Made by a program: the position numbers and the translations under genes. The notes under the pieces were generated by a model that was not told the DNA's origin, searched no databases, and was given only the letters and a program-made list of their open reading frames with translations. Shown piece by piece: positions 24,246 to 36,680 of a stretch of DNA of 64,000 nucleotides (within the stretch, counting starts at the first letter, position 1; the number at the start of each line of letters is the position of its first letter). Origin of the DNA: Felis catus (taxonomy: Eukaryota); NCBI RefSeq assembly GCF_018350175.1, contig NC_058368.1, positions 120,282,001-120,346,000 on the forward strand, in the 5' to 3' direction.

Positions 24246-25550
24246 GAGAGATTAATAAAAAGATGGGGCTCATCAAAATTTCTCCATCTTATTTCTCAGA
24301 ATGGGAACTCTTGCTTAGTATGTTTCTATTCTCTGCGAGTACCATATTGTTTTGATTACTACAGATGTAATAATCTTGAAATCTGAGAATATGATACCTC
24401 CAGCTTTATTCTTCCTTTTTCAAGTTTGCTTTGTCTGTTTGAGGTCTCCTGTGGTTCCATACACATTTTAGGACTCTTTGTTCTAGTTCTCTGAAAAATA
24501 GTATTGGTATTTTGATAGATACTGCATTGAATCTATTGATTTGGATAGTATGGACATTTTAACTTAAGAATTAGTATTAATTCTTTCAATCCACAAGCAT
24601 GGTGTATCTTTCTATTTGGTTGTATTGTGTTCAATTTCTTTCATCAATGTCTTACACTTTATAAGTCTTTCAACTCCTTAAATTTATTCCTAGATACTTT
24701 ATTATTTTTGGTACAACTATGAATGAAATTTTTTTCCTAATTTCTCTTTCTGCTACTTTGTTTTTAGTGTATACCCATGCAATAAATATCTATATATTAA
24801 TATTGTATCCTGCAACTTTACTTAATTTATTTATCAGTTCAAATAGTTTTTTTGGTGGAGTCTTTAGGGTTTTCTATGTATAGTATCATGTAATCTACAA
24901 ATAGTGAAAGTTTAACTTCTTCCTTATCAATTTGGATTCCTTTTATTTATTTTTCTTGTCTGGTTGCTGCAGCTAGAATTTACAGGATCATGCACAATAA
25001 AGGTGATGGGTGGTAATCTTTGTCTTGCTCCCCACCTAAGGGGAAAAGTTATCAATTTTTTCACCACTGAGTAGGATGTTAGCTGTGGGTTTTTCATATA
25101 TGGACTTTATTGTATTGTGATATGTTACCTTTAAACCTGCTTTTTTCAGAGTTTTTATCATGAACACATGTTGCATTTTTTCATATCTTTTTCTGCCTTT
25201 GAGATAATTATGTGGTCTTTATCCTTTGTCTTGACGTGATGTATTACATTAATCGATTTGCAAATACTGAACCACCCTTATATCTCAGATATCAATCCCA
25301 CTTGATGGTGGTGAATGATTTTTTTAAGGCATTGTTGCGTTTGCTTTGCTAATGTTCTGTTAACGATCTTTTCATTTATGTTCACCAGAGATACTGGGCT
25401 GGTTTTTTCTGTCCTTGTCGTGTCTTTTTCTGTTGTTAGTATCAGGATATGTTGACTTTTTTGAATGAGTTTGGAAGTTTTTGTTGCTCTTCTATTTTTT
25501 TTTTTTAATAGTTTGACAATAGATATTAAGTCTTCTTTAAATGTTAGGTA

Positions 25551-25752
25551 GGGGCGCCTGGGTGGCTCAGTCGGTTAAGCGTCTGACTTCAGCCAGGTCA
25601 CGATCTCGCGGTCCGTGAGTTCGAGCCCCGCGTCAGGCTCTGGGCTGATGGCTCGGAGCCTGGAGCCTGTTTCCGATTCTGTGTCTCCCTCTCTCTCTGC
25701 CCCTCCCCCGTTCATGCTCTGTCTCTCTCTGTTCCCCCCCCCCCCCAAAAAA
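25551..25752 (+). mobile_element. Young feline SINEC with atypical C13-A9 tail
   Basis: CpG-rich body; TSD aaatgttaggta 25539-25550 / 25753-25764. Confidence 0.97.
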
Positions 25753-26864
25753 AAATGTTAGGTAGAATTCATCTGTGAAAGTATCTGGCCTGGACTTTGG
25801 TTTGTTGGCAGATGTTTGATTACTAGTTCGACTTTGTTACTAGTAATTGCAAGTTTTGTATTTATTCCTCATTCACTGTTGGAAAATTGCATGTTTCTAG
25901 GAATTTATCCATTTCTTCTGGATTGTCAAATTTGTTGGAATATAATTTTTCATAATATTTTCTTATAATCCTTTGTATTTCTCTCATGTCAGTTGTTATT
26001 TATTCTTCATTTTTTATTTATTTACTTGAGTTCTCTCTCTCCCTCTCTCTCTCTCTCAATGAGTCAGACTAAAGATTTATTACTTTTATTTATCTTTTAA
26101 AAGACCCAGGTATAGATTTCATTGATCTTCTCTATTTTTCATTTTTAGTTTCTATTCATTTATTTCTGCTCTACTCTTTTTTATTATTTTTTCTTTCTGC
26201 TAGTTTTGGGCTTTTTTTATTCTTCTCTTTCTTTTACTTAGATATAACGTTAGATTGTTTGAGATTTTTTTCTAGTTTCTTAAAGGAAGTCTGTATCACT
26301 ACAAATTTCCCACTTATAACTGCTTTTGCTGTGTCCCAAAGATTTTGGATCACTGTCTTTTCATTTTTATTTGTTTGTATGTATGTTTTTATTTCTTCTT
26401 TGATTTCTTTGTTAACCCATTAGTTGCTTAATAGCTTGGTGTTTAGACTCCATGTGTTTGCGTTTTTCCCAATTTTTTTTTCATGTAATTGATTTCTAGC
26501 TTAATTGCATCAAAGTTGGAAATGATGTTTGATATATTAATCTTCTTAAATTTATTGAGACCTGTTTTGTGTTCTAACATGTGACCTTTCCTGGAGGATG
26601 TTCCACATGTAGTTGAAAAGAATTTGTGTTCTATTTTTGGATGAATGTTCTATGTGTATTTGTTAGGTCCATCTGGTCTCATGTGTCATTCAAAGCCAAT
26701 ATTTCCTTGTTGATTTTCTGTCTTAATGATTTATCCATTGATGTTGGTAGAGTCTTAAAATCTTCTCCTAGTATTATATTACTGTCAATATCTCCTTTAT
26801 GTTTGTTAATATTGCTCTATGTATTTAGGTATTCCTGTGTTAGGTGTATAAAATATGTTTTATA

Positions 26865-27085
26865 TTTTTTTAATGTTTATTTTTGAGAGAGGGAGAGAGA
26901 GAGAGACAGACAGAGTACGGGTGGGGGGTGGACAGAGAGAGGGAGAGGGAGATAGAATCTGAAGCAGGCTCCTGGCCCTAAGTTGTCAGCACAGAGCCTG
27001 ATGTGGGGCTCGAACCCACAGACCAGAAGATTATGTGCTGAGCAAAATCAGAGGTTTAACTGACTGAGCCACCCATGTGCCCCCC
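26865..27085 (-). mobile_element. Can-SINE inserted in the tail of a truncated SINE
   Basis: Full body; tgttttata at 26856-26864 and 27090-27098. Confidence 0.92.
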
Positions 27086-27089
27086 ACTT

Positions 27090-27140
27090 TGTTTTATAAA
27101 GTTTTTAAAAGCTTACTTATTTTTGAGAGAGAGAGAAGGG
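27090..27140 (-). mobile_element. 5'-truncated Can-SINE (tail and (GA)n only)
   Basis: cttacttatttttgagagagagagaagggg; outer repeat ggtgtataaa 26843-26852 / 27141-27150. Confidence 0.6.
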
Positions 27141-28251
27141 GGTGTATAAATGTTTACAATTGTTACATCATGTTGTTGGGTTGATTGCTTTATCATCATG
27201 GAATGCCTTCCTTTGTCTTTTGTTACAGGCTTTATTTTATCTGATATGAACATTGCTACTCTGGCTTTGTTTGTTTGTTTGTTTTTATTTTGCTTTCATT
27301 TGCATGGAATATCTTTTTTCATCCCTTCACTTTCAGTTGATAAGTGTTTTTAAGTCTAAAGTGAAGTGATCTCTTATAATAGGCAGCATATAGAAGGATC
27401 TTGTTTTCTTATCCATTCATTCACCCTATGTCTTTTTGACTGGAGCATTTAGTCCCTTTACATTTAAAGTAATTATTAGTAGGTATGTACTTGTTGCCAT
27501 TTTGTTCATTGTTTTCTGGTTGTTTTTGTAGTTCTTTATGTTTCTTTGTTCTCTTATTTTCTTCCCTTATAGTTTGGTGGCTTTGTTTAGTGTTATGCTT
27601 GTTTTGTCTTGATTTTTTTGGTGTATCTATTACTGACTTTTGATTTTTGGTTACTGTTGGGTTCATGTATAACATCCTATGTGTGTAGCAATGTGTACTA
27701 AGTTGATGGTTGCTTAAGTTTGAACACATTTTATAATCGCTAAATATTACTTCCCCCTCCATGTTTTGTGTATATGATGTCATATATTCCATGTATTTGT
27801 TTTGTGTGTCCCTTGACTAATTTTTGTAAATATAATTCATTGTACTGCTTTTATGTTTCAACCTCCATACTAGCTTTTAATTGATTTTTTGTACCATGTT
27901 TTCTATATTTTTGCCTTTAATGGTGAAATTTTTTCCTTTGATTATATTCTTCCTCTATGGCCTTTTCTTTCCACTTAAAGAATTCCTTTTGACATTTCTT
28001 ATAATGCTCATTCAGTGGTGATGAACTCTTTTATTCCTTGTCTGAAAACTGTTTATCTCTACTTCAGTTCTGAATGATAATCTTGACAGGTAGAGTATTT
28101 TTGGTTTTAGGTTGCCTTTTTTTTCACTCTTTCAGCTCTTTGAAAATATTATACCATTTCCTTCTGACCTGCAGAGTTTCTGCTGAGAAATCAGCTGATA
28201 GCCTTATAGGGGCTATCATAGCAGCTGTTGCTGCTTTTAAAATTCTTTCTT

Positions 28252-28475
28252 GGGGCGCCTGGGTGGCGCAGTCGGTTAAGCGTCCGACTTCAGCCAGGTC
28301 ATCAGGTCACGATCTCGCGGTCCGTGAGTTCGAGCCCCGCGTCAGGCTCTGGGCTGATGGCTCGGAGCCTGGAGCCTGTTTCCGATTCTGTGTCTCCCTC
28401 TCTCTCTGCCCCTCCCCCATTCATGCTCTGTCTCTCTCTGTCCCAAAAATAAATAAACGTTGAAAAAAAAATTTT
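28252..28475 (+). mobile_element. Young feline SINEC with internal 8-bp duplication
   Basis: caggtcat-caggtcac at 28295-28310; TSD aaattctttctt 28240-28251 / 28476-28487. Confidence 0.98.
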
Positions 28476-30339
28476 AAATTCTTTCTTTATCATTAATTTT
28501 TACTATTTTAATTAATTTGTTTCTTGGACCTCTAGGATTACAGTTTATCTGTTATTTCTGGACTATTATTTCTTAAAATAAGTTTTCCGCCCCTTCTCTC
28601 TTCTCCTTTTGGGATCCCTTTAATACAAATGTTACTATATTTAATGACATTATAGAGTTCCCTTAACCTATTCTTTTGATGGCTTGACTGATTAATACTC
28701 AGCTTGCTTGCTCTCAAATACCCTGTCGTCCAGATTGCTGATCTATTTTCTGCATTATCTAATCTGCTTTTAGCTCCTTTTAGTGTATTTTTAATTTAAA
28801 TTATTTAATTTGTCAGCTTTTACTGGTTCTTTGTTATATTTTCTTTGTCTTTGTTGAAGTTCTCGTTGAGTTTATCAACTCTTTTTTTCACATCTAGTGT
28901 GTATGAGCAGCACTTTGAACTCTCTTTCAGGTATGTTGCTGATCTCCATTTGATTTAGCTCTTTTAATGTAATTTTGTCTTTTTTTTCCTTTGGGAACAT
29001 ATTACTCTTTCTCCTAATTTTGCCTAACAGTCCTCTTTTTTTTATGTATTAGATAGTTCACTTAAACCTCTTGGTCTTGAAGATACTGGCCTTGTGTAGA
29101 AAGGTCCTGTGGTGTCTTACTATAATACCTCCTGATAATGAGAAGCAGATGGAGAGTGTCACTGCTGACTCCCTCCAGCATCCAGCTATCCAGGTTGGGG
29201 AAAGGGAAAAGAAATGGCACCCACAGCACTTTTGTTCCTGGAGAAATAGGTAGGACTTGCCTCTCCAGCACACATCCTAAGATTAGTTAATAAATCTCTT
29301 TCGCAGACATTCCAGATGCTTTCCAAACTATTGCTTCTGTCCTGTGCATTGGGCTGAGTTATTTAGTAGGCTGACACTTTAAGGGTGAAGTGTTGGTTTC
29401 ATGTCACCCTCTGGCTCTCCTGAAATTAAGCCCACTGATTTTTTAACTCCCAGAATTAAGCCCCACTGTTTTTCAAAGCCAAATGTTATGGGAACTCTTC
29501 GCATTGTGGTTTCTCAGGGCTGGAGGTGGCCATTGTGAGGTCTCATTCCCTTCTTCCTTTGTGCTTGTGACATCCCTCCTTTTTGTGATTAGTTGCACCA
29601 AGGATTTAGTTCCACGTGTCTCTCCCTGTCCTACCCATTTTGATGTGGCCTTCTATCTGTGACTAACTATGGAAGGTCTGTTTTGCCAGTTCAGGTCATT
29701 TTCAGAGTTAGTTGTATAGATGTAGCTGTCACCTTGGTTGTTCATGTGACAAGGAGAACTTTGGATCCTCCTACTCTGCATTTTCTGTTCCTCCAAGGCT
29801 ATGCATTTAAAATATTTCTGTGTGAATCAGAATTAAAACATATCATCACCGATTGGATAGGGTAGTAAATGGACATTTAATCAATAAATGAAATATTAAT
29901 TCACATCTCCTTTTATCGAAAGGCAGATAATGGCCATAATGTGCCTAGTCTGATATTTATTCAATGTACATAAGGTTAAAATTGTTGTGCTACACTAAGA
30001 AATTAATCGACATTGCATACCTTACCTCTTCCCAAGTGAGCAGGAAGTTACACACAATGGAAGACAAGCAGATGATAGAAATGCATGAAGCATAGGAGGT
30101 GATAAGAAGTAACGATGCATGTCTAGTTGAAAAAGACGATGACTCTGAGTTTTAGACAATTGTTTCCAAATAGGAGTGTAACATGAAGATGGAAGGTGTT
30201 TGATTTTGTACTAAGGTTTTAATGAGAGATCATTTAAAAAACAATCCTTACTAGACCAATGAAAATACATCTTTGGGCTACCAGTTTGACACATTTATCT
30301 AAATTTTCAAACTAAGAAAGTAATGAAGGACAATGATTT

Positions 30340-30525
30340 TGAACACAGACTTTAACACAACCTAGTTTGAATCTCCCCTACATGCCTATTCAGATGAGTG
30401 ATCTTGGGCTGTTGCCTCAATTACCTCGTTAGTGTAAGGAATATAATATCTTAAGTTTTAGAGTTGTGAAAACTGAGATAACATATGTCAAGTGCTAGTT
30501 CAAGTGTTACTGATGATTAACAAAC
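30340..30525 (+). mobile_element. MIR
   Basis: acagacttt...cctagtttgaatc...gtgatcttggg...tgcctcaattacctc...tgagataacatatgtcaagtgct. Confidence 0.6.
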
Positions 30526-30669
30526 GTAAATCCAAAAGTTCTTACTGCTCTGATTGCTAGAGTTTTACCAGATGTCATCCCCAGTAGGCTAAGTTTTGCA
30601 GTCTTTTAAAAAAAGTATATATGGAACATACTCCATGAAGAGAATTGTATAAAGTCTTTGTATATGTAT

Positions 30670-30850
30670 TTTACAGACAGAATTTACTCCTCACAACCTT
30701 TTAAGTAAGTACTGTTATAGTACCATTTCACAAGTGAGAAAACTGAGACAAGCCTAAGCATTTTGCACAAGCTCACAAAATAAAGGGAGGAGCTGGATTT
30801 CAAACCAAGTGTATGTGACTACAAAACAGAACTCTTAACGAAAGCCTTAT
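30670..30850 (-). mobile_element. MIR
   Basis: cctcacaacc...ccatttcacaagtgagaaaactgagac...agctggatttcaaaccaag. Confidence 0.7.
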
Positions 30851-31859
30851 ACATAAAGTATCTATATATTTCAGCCCATATCAAGAGGAAACAAAAAAGT
30901 GTGAAATTAGAGAATTCAGACATGAGAGAAGGGTGAAAGACAAAGTAGCAGAAAGTAGCTACCAAAGTTAAGGGACTTTCTGAAATCACTGTAAGTATTT
31001 CTGGAAAGCACAGTGTTATGTGCATAATACAAATGAATTTGCTTTTTGTTTTTTAATTTCTGAGCTAAAAGTTTTAACTTCCTTTTGGGGGCATTAAAAA
31101 AATCCTTAGAGAAAATTCTCTCTATATGCATCAGAAAACTCAAGACAGTTTTTCTACAAAGAAATCCCTCTGCAGCACACTCATCCAGAAGAAATACTTA
31201 GCCAACAAGGAAATAGCCACATGAACTAAAAGCACAGGTGAGAGCATTCTGGATAGCACAGCAGCTGAAGTAGAAGCAGTCAGATGGAATATACTGTAAT
31301 GTTGTGCACACTGTATCTAGTTGAATGTAGCATTGCAGTATGTAGGGATTAGAGAGCTCAACTCATGGATCCCTAATTTCCTTGAAGAACTTGGCTGGGT
31401 TGGGTTTAGTTGTGGGTGTAAGTTAATTCACCAGAATAGCGAACAGACCTTGGAGGCAGCCACAGTCACTGAAAAGAGATTTTGATGGATGTCTCGGCTC
31501 TGGGTGCATCGTGCTCAGGGGTACTCATGCACTTCAGAAACAGATTTGGGCCAGAAGCTGAGTATGTTGCAGGTACTCTGTGGGTGCTCCCTGAGGAGAA
31601 TATTTATTAGGAGTGGAAAAGAAGCTAGAACTTGGAGAAACTGAAAGGAGAGGTTAAGAAAAATGTTTGTGGTTTTTTTCCGGTAACTAACTATTGGAGA
31701 AGGAAGATACAACACGTTAGTGTTTTCCTACTTTAGAAGCTAACTCCTGTTCCGAGCGTGACTGTGATGTTGACTGATCTTGGGAAGAACCGAGAAGAAT
31801 TCCTGTTTCTCTGTCCTCCTTGAGTCTTTGGTGATACCCAAACCCGTTACTATGATTTT

Positions 31860-32100
31860 TTATTATTATTAGCTAATATGTAGTAAGGATTCCTAATGTG
31901 GCAAATGCTCTTTGAAGGATTTTATATTCCTTATTTGACATTTTTACAGTATTTCCATGAGGTACACCCACAAATTTGTTGAGAAAATGAAGAGTCAGAA
32001 AGGTTGTGATTTGCTCAGGGCTCCCATCCAATAAGTGGCACACCTGAGAGTGAAATCCAGAATGATTTTATTTCAACGTTCATGTTCTTTGCAATCCCTT
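31860..32100 (-). mobile_element. MIR
   Basis: attattattagctaat...gagaaaatgaagagtcagaaaggttgtgatttgctcaggg. Confidence 0.55.
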
Positions 32101-32179
32101 ATGCTGTACTGCACTTCATTTTTTTTAAAACGAGAGAAATATCTCTTTCAAATTCATCACATTTTCAAAAATGGCATGT

Positions 32180-32345
32180 GTTGTAGAAAGAGCATGGGCT
32201 GGGAAGTAGGAGATATGCATCTTCCTCCTTCATTTAGCTCTTCCCTTATTGAGCTGTGCAATCTGAAGCCTCAGTTTTCTTCTCATTTGTAAATGAGAGG
32301 CTTAAACTAGGTAACTTTATAATTTATTCCAGTTCTGACTTCTCC
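32180..32345 (+). mobile_element. MIR3-like SINE
   Basis: gaaagagcatgggctgggaagtaggaga...gcctcagttttcttctcatttgtaaatgagaggcttaaactag...ttccagttctga. Confidence 0.65.
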
Positions 32346-33373
32346 AGTCTGCTCTATAGGGTATAGGGTCAATACCTGGTGGAAGACACCAAGATGTGAA
32401 AAGACATATATTATTTTTATTACTTAATATTAAAGATGTTAAATTCCATTTTCAGCATGATAAAACATTATCTCTTTTTACCCCATAAGTGTCCTGTGTA
32501 CTGTTGATTAGTCCTATATTCGCAGTTAGGAAGCTGGGTGATAGCTTGCCTTTCCCCAAGACCATGCTGGATAAAGCTAGTGCTCAGGTCTTGGTCCTTC
32601 TGATACCAGACTCCATCATCTTTAGAGCAGAATGATAGCTTTCAGTGTCTACCTTTAGGCATAATCAGTGATGATCCCTGCAACCAATTGTTTTATCTTG
32701 GCAAAAATATAAAATAGGTGCCGATGAATATAGTTGGTAATAGAAGAAAGCACATTGTTTTTAGAGCTTCAAGGACAAATCCAAGTAAAAAGAAAGCTCA
32801 GTTTGGAATAATAGTGCACAGCTTTTGATCAATGATTTGTAATTATTTTTACTATGTTGATTTTATTTTGGGGGATCAGGAAAGCAAAATGATGGTCTGT
32901 CATTGAAAAATCAATTGTTTCACAGCCTGGTTAGTAAGTTTCTCTAAAATTAGCTCATAGCCAACTAGAACAGTCAATTTGATTGACAAAATGACAGCCA
33001 AAACTTGATTATGGCCTCCTCTCTGTGGCAAAATAAATGGAGAGTCAGGCCACAGATTTAGTGTTGGAGGCTTTTCATAGCATCTGGTTGGATCAATTGT
33101 TTATTACTAATTATTCCTTAGTTATTACTTACCTTAATCTCTACAGTTGTTCTTCATGGTGTTTAATAAATTTCACGGCAGAGACTATATTAACTCATGA
33201 AGCAGCTCAGTCCATTTTAGATAGTTCTGAAGAATGAGGAGTTTTCCAGAAATTGAACTGAAAGCGTTTTCTTTGTATTTGCCTCTCATGGAGACCATAT
33301 AGAATTTTCACTCTTTCTTTTTTAGAAAGGAGTTATAATATTTCAGTGACGGTTTTTAAAAAACTATCTTTGA

Positions 33374-33590
33374 GGGACGCCTGGGTGGCTCAGTTGGTTG
33401 AGTGTCCAACTTAGGCTCAGGTCATGATCTCGCGGTTCATGAGTTTGAGCCCGCGTCGGGCTCTGTGCTGACATCTCGGATCCTGGAGCCTGCTTCGGAT
33501 TCTGTGTTTCTCTCTCTCTCTGCTCTTCCCCCACTCACACTCTGTCTCTCTCTCACAAATAAATATTAAAAATAAATTAAAAAATAAATA
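33374..33590 (+). mobile_element. Can-SINE (feline SINEC)
   Basis: Full body; imperfect TSD aaaactatctttga / aaaacgacctttga. Confidence 0.96.
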
Positions 33591-33974
33591 AAAAACGACC
33601 TTTGAAATTGAGGAGTTGTTGTCTTACAGTTTCTTAGATTACTACAGGCTCTTAGTTTTTCTTTTAAACCTAGTACTTACACACATATACATTAGGAAAA
33701 TGATTATTTAACTTGTCAGGTAAATATATATTTGTGTTTTTACCCCTAGCCAGGAGTTCCTAAGCACACTACAGAAATTTCCATATATAGTCTTCACAAC
33801 AACCTTGTGATTTGTTACTATTATTTGCCTTCCACAGGGAAATGAATTAGACCAAGCCACACAGCTGGCAATTTAATGTTATGACACCCACATCCAAGTG
33901 CATAGAATTCCATGGGAATTATCTCCAGACTTTATGCCCTGCATGTTCTGTTTCCTTCTAGACTGTGAGCCTCT

Positions 33975-34053
33975 TTTCTTTTTAATGTTGATTTATTTAT
34001 TTATTTTATTTTTGTGTGAGAGAGAGAGAGAGAGAGCGAGCAAGGGAGGGGCA

Positions 34054-34086
<33 letters not shown>

Positions 34087-34216
34087 GAATCTGAAGGAGG
34101 CTTTAGGCTCTGAGTTGTCAGCTCAGAGCCCGACACAGGACCTGAACTCACAAAGCGCGAGATCATGACCTGAGCCAAGTTCAGACACCTAACCCACTGA
34201 GCCACCCAGGAGCCCC
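33975..34216 (-). mobile_element. Can-SINE with internal (CA)n, inserted in an L2 3' fragment
   Basis: TSD tagactgtga(g/a)cctct 33959-33974 / 34217-34232; (CA)n at ~34055-34086. Confidence 0.96.
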
Positions 34217-34899
34217 TAGACTGTGAACCTCTCAAAGGCAGGTCCATGTTTAGACCACAGTATTCCAGTGGTTAATAAAGCATCTGCTATGCAGTTGGCA
34301 CAAACGTCTATTTAAAAATTGGACTCGAAATTTCAAAAAATATCCATTTGAATCCTGTCTTAGATCATAAATGTTTAAATCAGTGAATTCAATTTGGCTC
34401 TTCACTGTTATCATTGTTCAGCTGTTATCAGTGTTCAGATTTTGACTTCTTTAATCTCTATTTTACTTTGTTTTCTGAGGAATATTTTGAAACACTGTGA
34501 AATATTTGGAAAACATTTATTTGGGGATATTTTCAAATAAATAAATATTTTGCTCTACTGGGATATTTTTCCAGTCTCAGATCATACAGAGTTCTAACTT
34601 ATTTTAACATCCCACTTTCGTATATTCTTATTAAGTCCTTTCTAGAATTGGAATATACTGCAATTTTTGACCTGAGAAAGAAAATAAATTTACCCAAGAG
34701 TTTCCCTAAAAGGATAATAAGCATTGGCATTTTTTTTCCTAAAATCATTGTCCTCTCACCAAAAGCCTTCAGAAGGTAATTGAAAAAAAACTCTTATCAT
34801 CAAAAATAACTTCATTAAAATAAAATTTAAAAAAACCTATAGTCCCATGGTAGGGGAGCTAAGTAAAGAGGAATTAGCTCTTTTTAAAAAAGTAATTTC

Positions 34900-35107
34900 G
34901 GGAGGCACTTGGGTGGTTCAGTCATTTAAGTGTGTGACTTCAGCTCAGGTCATGATCTTACATTTGTGAGTTTGAGCCCCACATTGGGCTCTGTGCTGAC
35001 AGCTCACAGCCTGGAGCCTGCTTTGGACTCTGTGTCTTCCTCTCCCTGTCCGTCCTCTGCTTGCACTCTGTGTCTCTCTCTCAAAAATAAACAAATTGAA
35101 AAAATTA
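34900..35107 (+). mobile_element. Can-SINE
   Basis: Full body; aaaaaa(g/a)taatttc on both flanks. Confidence 0.94.
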
Positions 35108-35384
35108 AAAAAAATAATTTCATGTCATAGAGTTATCCTAACAATTCTGATTATGTTTTCTGCTTTTGAAGTAGATATTTTTTAAGCATGTGGCTTCCCT
35201 AAAAAACATGCATGAGGTGTGATGGTAGGCAAGTTAATTTGGAGTAACCGCATTCTGATATCTTATTGATGTTTTAGAGTCAAGGACATAAATTCCTTTG
35301 TACTACTATTGATGATTCTTATTGGAAACCATTATAACATTTTTTTTTCTTTTAATAAAGGCAAGGATCACTCAATAGATTTTG

Positions 35385-35880
35385 TTTTCATTCATTCATC
35401 ATTTTTTATATTGTGTCGGGCTGTCTTTTAGGGAGTGAAGACACCAAAAATAAAGCATAGGGTCTTCAAGGAGCTTGCAGCTTAGGGTACAGGCATCACA
35501 TTATAATACAAAATGGCATTGGCTATAATGTAGCTGCTTATAGGATGGATGAGAATATAAGGAATGTGTCCCTATGTTTGGACAAGATACAAGAAGGCTT
35601 CACAGACACAGCAGGTTTTAAGACACAGAAATTAAAAAAAGAAAAAACAAAACCCACAGTTGCTTAAAGGCATAAAGGAGCTCAGGGTCTCCGAAGATCA
35701 GTACAAGAATTTGGTGATAGTGGCATGTAAGAAAAAGCAGTGAGGTTAGAAAACCAGATAGTGCCTGAATCATGGAGCACCTGGACATCTTCCAAAGGAA
35801 TTTGTGTTTAATCCTGTGAGCAACAGGAAACGGCTGCAGAATTTTGAGCAGAGGAATGACATAATTAGATGTGAATTCTC
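35385..35880 (-). mobile_element. L2 fragment
   Basis: (ttca)n tail; caaggagcttgcag; gaaggcttcacaga; gaattttgagcagaggaatgacataattagat. Confidence 0.65.
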
Positions 35881-36492
35881 AGTGCCACATTTATTTCAGA
35901 GAAATGACAATTGGGCTATTGACAGTAAGTCCGTCCTAGCTCAGCTCTAAAAATTTATGAGGCTTAATGTCCATCGTTCCCTGGTTCCTTGTCTTACATT
36001 CTGTAACCAGCCCTAGGCTGATGCAAAATCATATCTAGAAGTAAGCATAATATTGTAGGTGGTAGTTCTTTTGGCCTTCTATAGGCACATTCTTCTTATG
36101 TGTCATACAATATATTCACTTACTTTCCCTGAGCCTCAGTTTGTGGAAGTACAGGTGCCTACCGATCATATATTCCAGAGCAGAGTGCTGACATTTGAAG
36201 ATAAATATAAAAGTAGATGGCTAATTTCCATCTTGTTCTGTCCAGAGTCCTGATCACTGTTTGCTTTAAAGATGACTATCATGAATCCCTGAGGGGGAGG
36301 TATGTCAGATGTGAAGCACCACCAATAAGTTAAGGCACTATAGCACTCCACACATCAAAAGAACACAGTGAATACATTTAAGAACATAATGACCTATGTA
36401 TAGTTTTATTGGTGCCCACAAACTTGAGGTCCCCATTTCAAGCTGGGATCCAGAGGTCATTTTCCAAATGTTCTCTTGTTTTAAGAAAACTT

Positions 36493-36680
36493 GTTATTTT
36501 AAAATCATTTAGACTCACAGGAAGTTGAAAAAAATAGCACAGAAAGTTCCTATGAATTTTTCCCTGGGTTCCTCTAATGATATCTCCATAATTATAGTAG
36601 TTCATCAAAACCAGAAAACTGATATTGGTAGAACACTACTAACTGAACTGAGGATCTTCAGATTTCTTCAGGATTTCAAT
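36493..36680 (-). mobile_element. L1MC/L1MD-like 3' end fragment
   Basis: ttattttaaaatcatttagactcacaggaagttg...aaaatagcacaga...tcaaaaccagaaaactgatattggta. Confidence 0.7.

Larger units (their letters stand above)
24318..29793 (-). mobile_element. L1 with 5'UTR, ORF1 and 5' part of ORF2; 3' end missing; contains four SINE insertions
   Basis: ORF2 start at 27500 reads MATSTYLLIITLNVKGLNAPVKK (endonuclease N-terminus, then frameshift/stop); 5'UTR-like end tcctcctactctgc at ~29770; parallels the 41053 L1 in ORF2. Confidence 0.92.

Noticed and set aside
23704..24276. Three overlapping minus-strand ORFs up to 153 aa
   Set aside because: They lie inside a degraded L2.
19328..24318. The 17933-19328 L1 ends within ~15 nt (consensus position, judged against 42730-42790) of where the 24318 L1 begins, suggesting one L1 split by a 5-kb insertion
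   Set aside because: The first L1 has its own TSD (ttattctctt) and MLT1-like sequence continues on both sides of it. The intervening DNA holds older L2/MIR/MER58. Two independent elements fit better.
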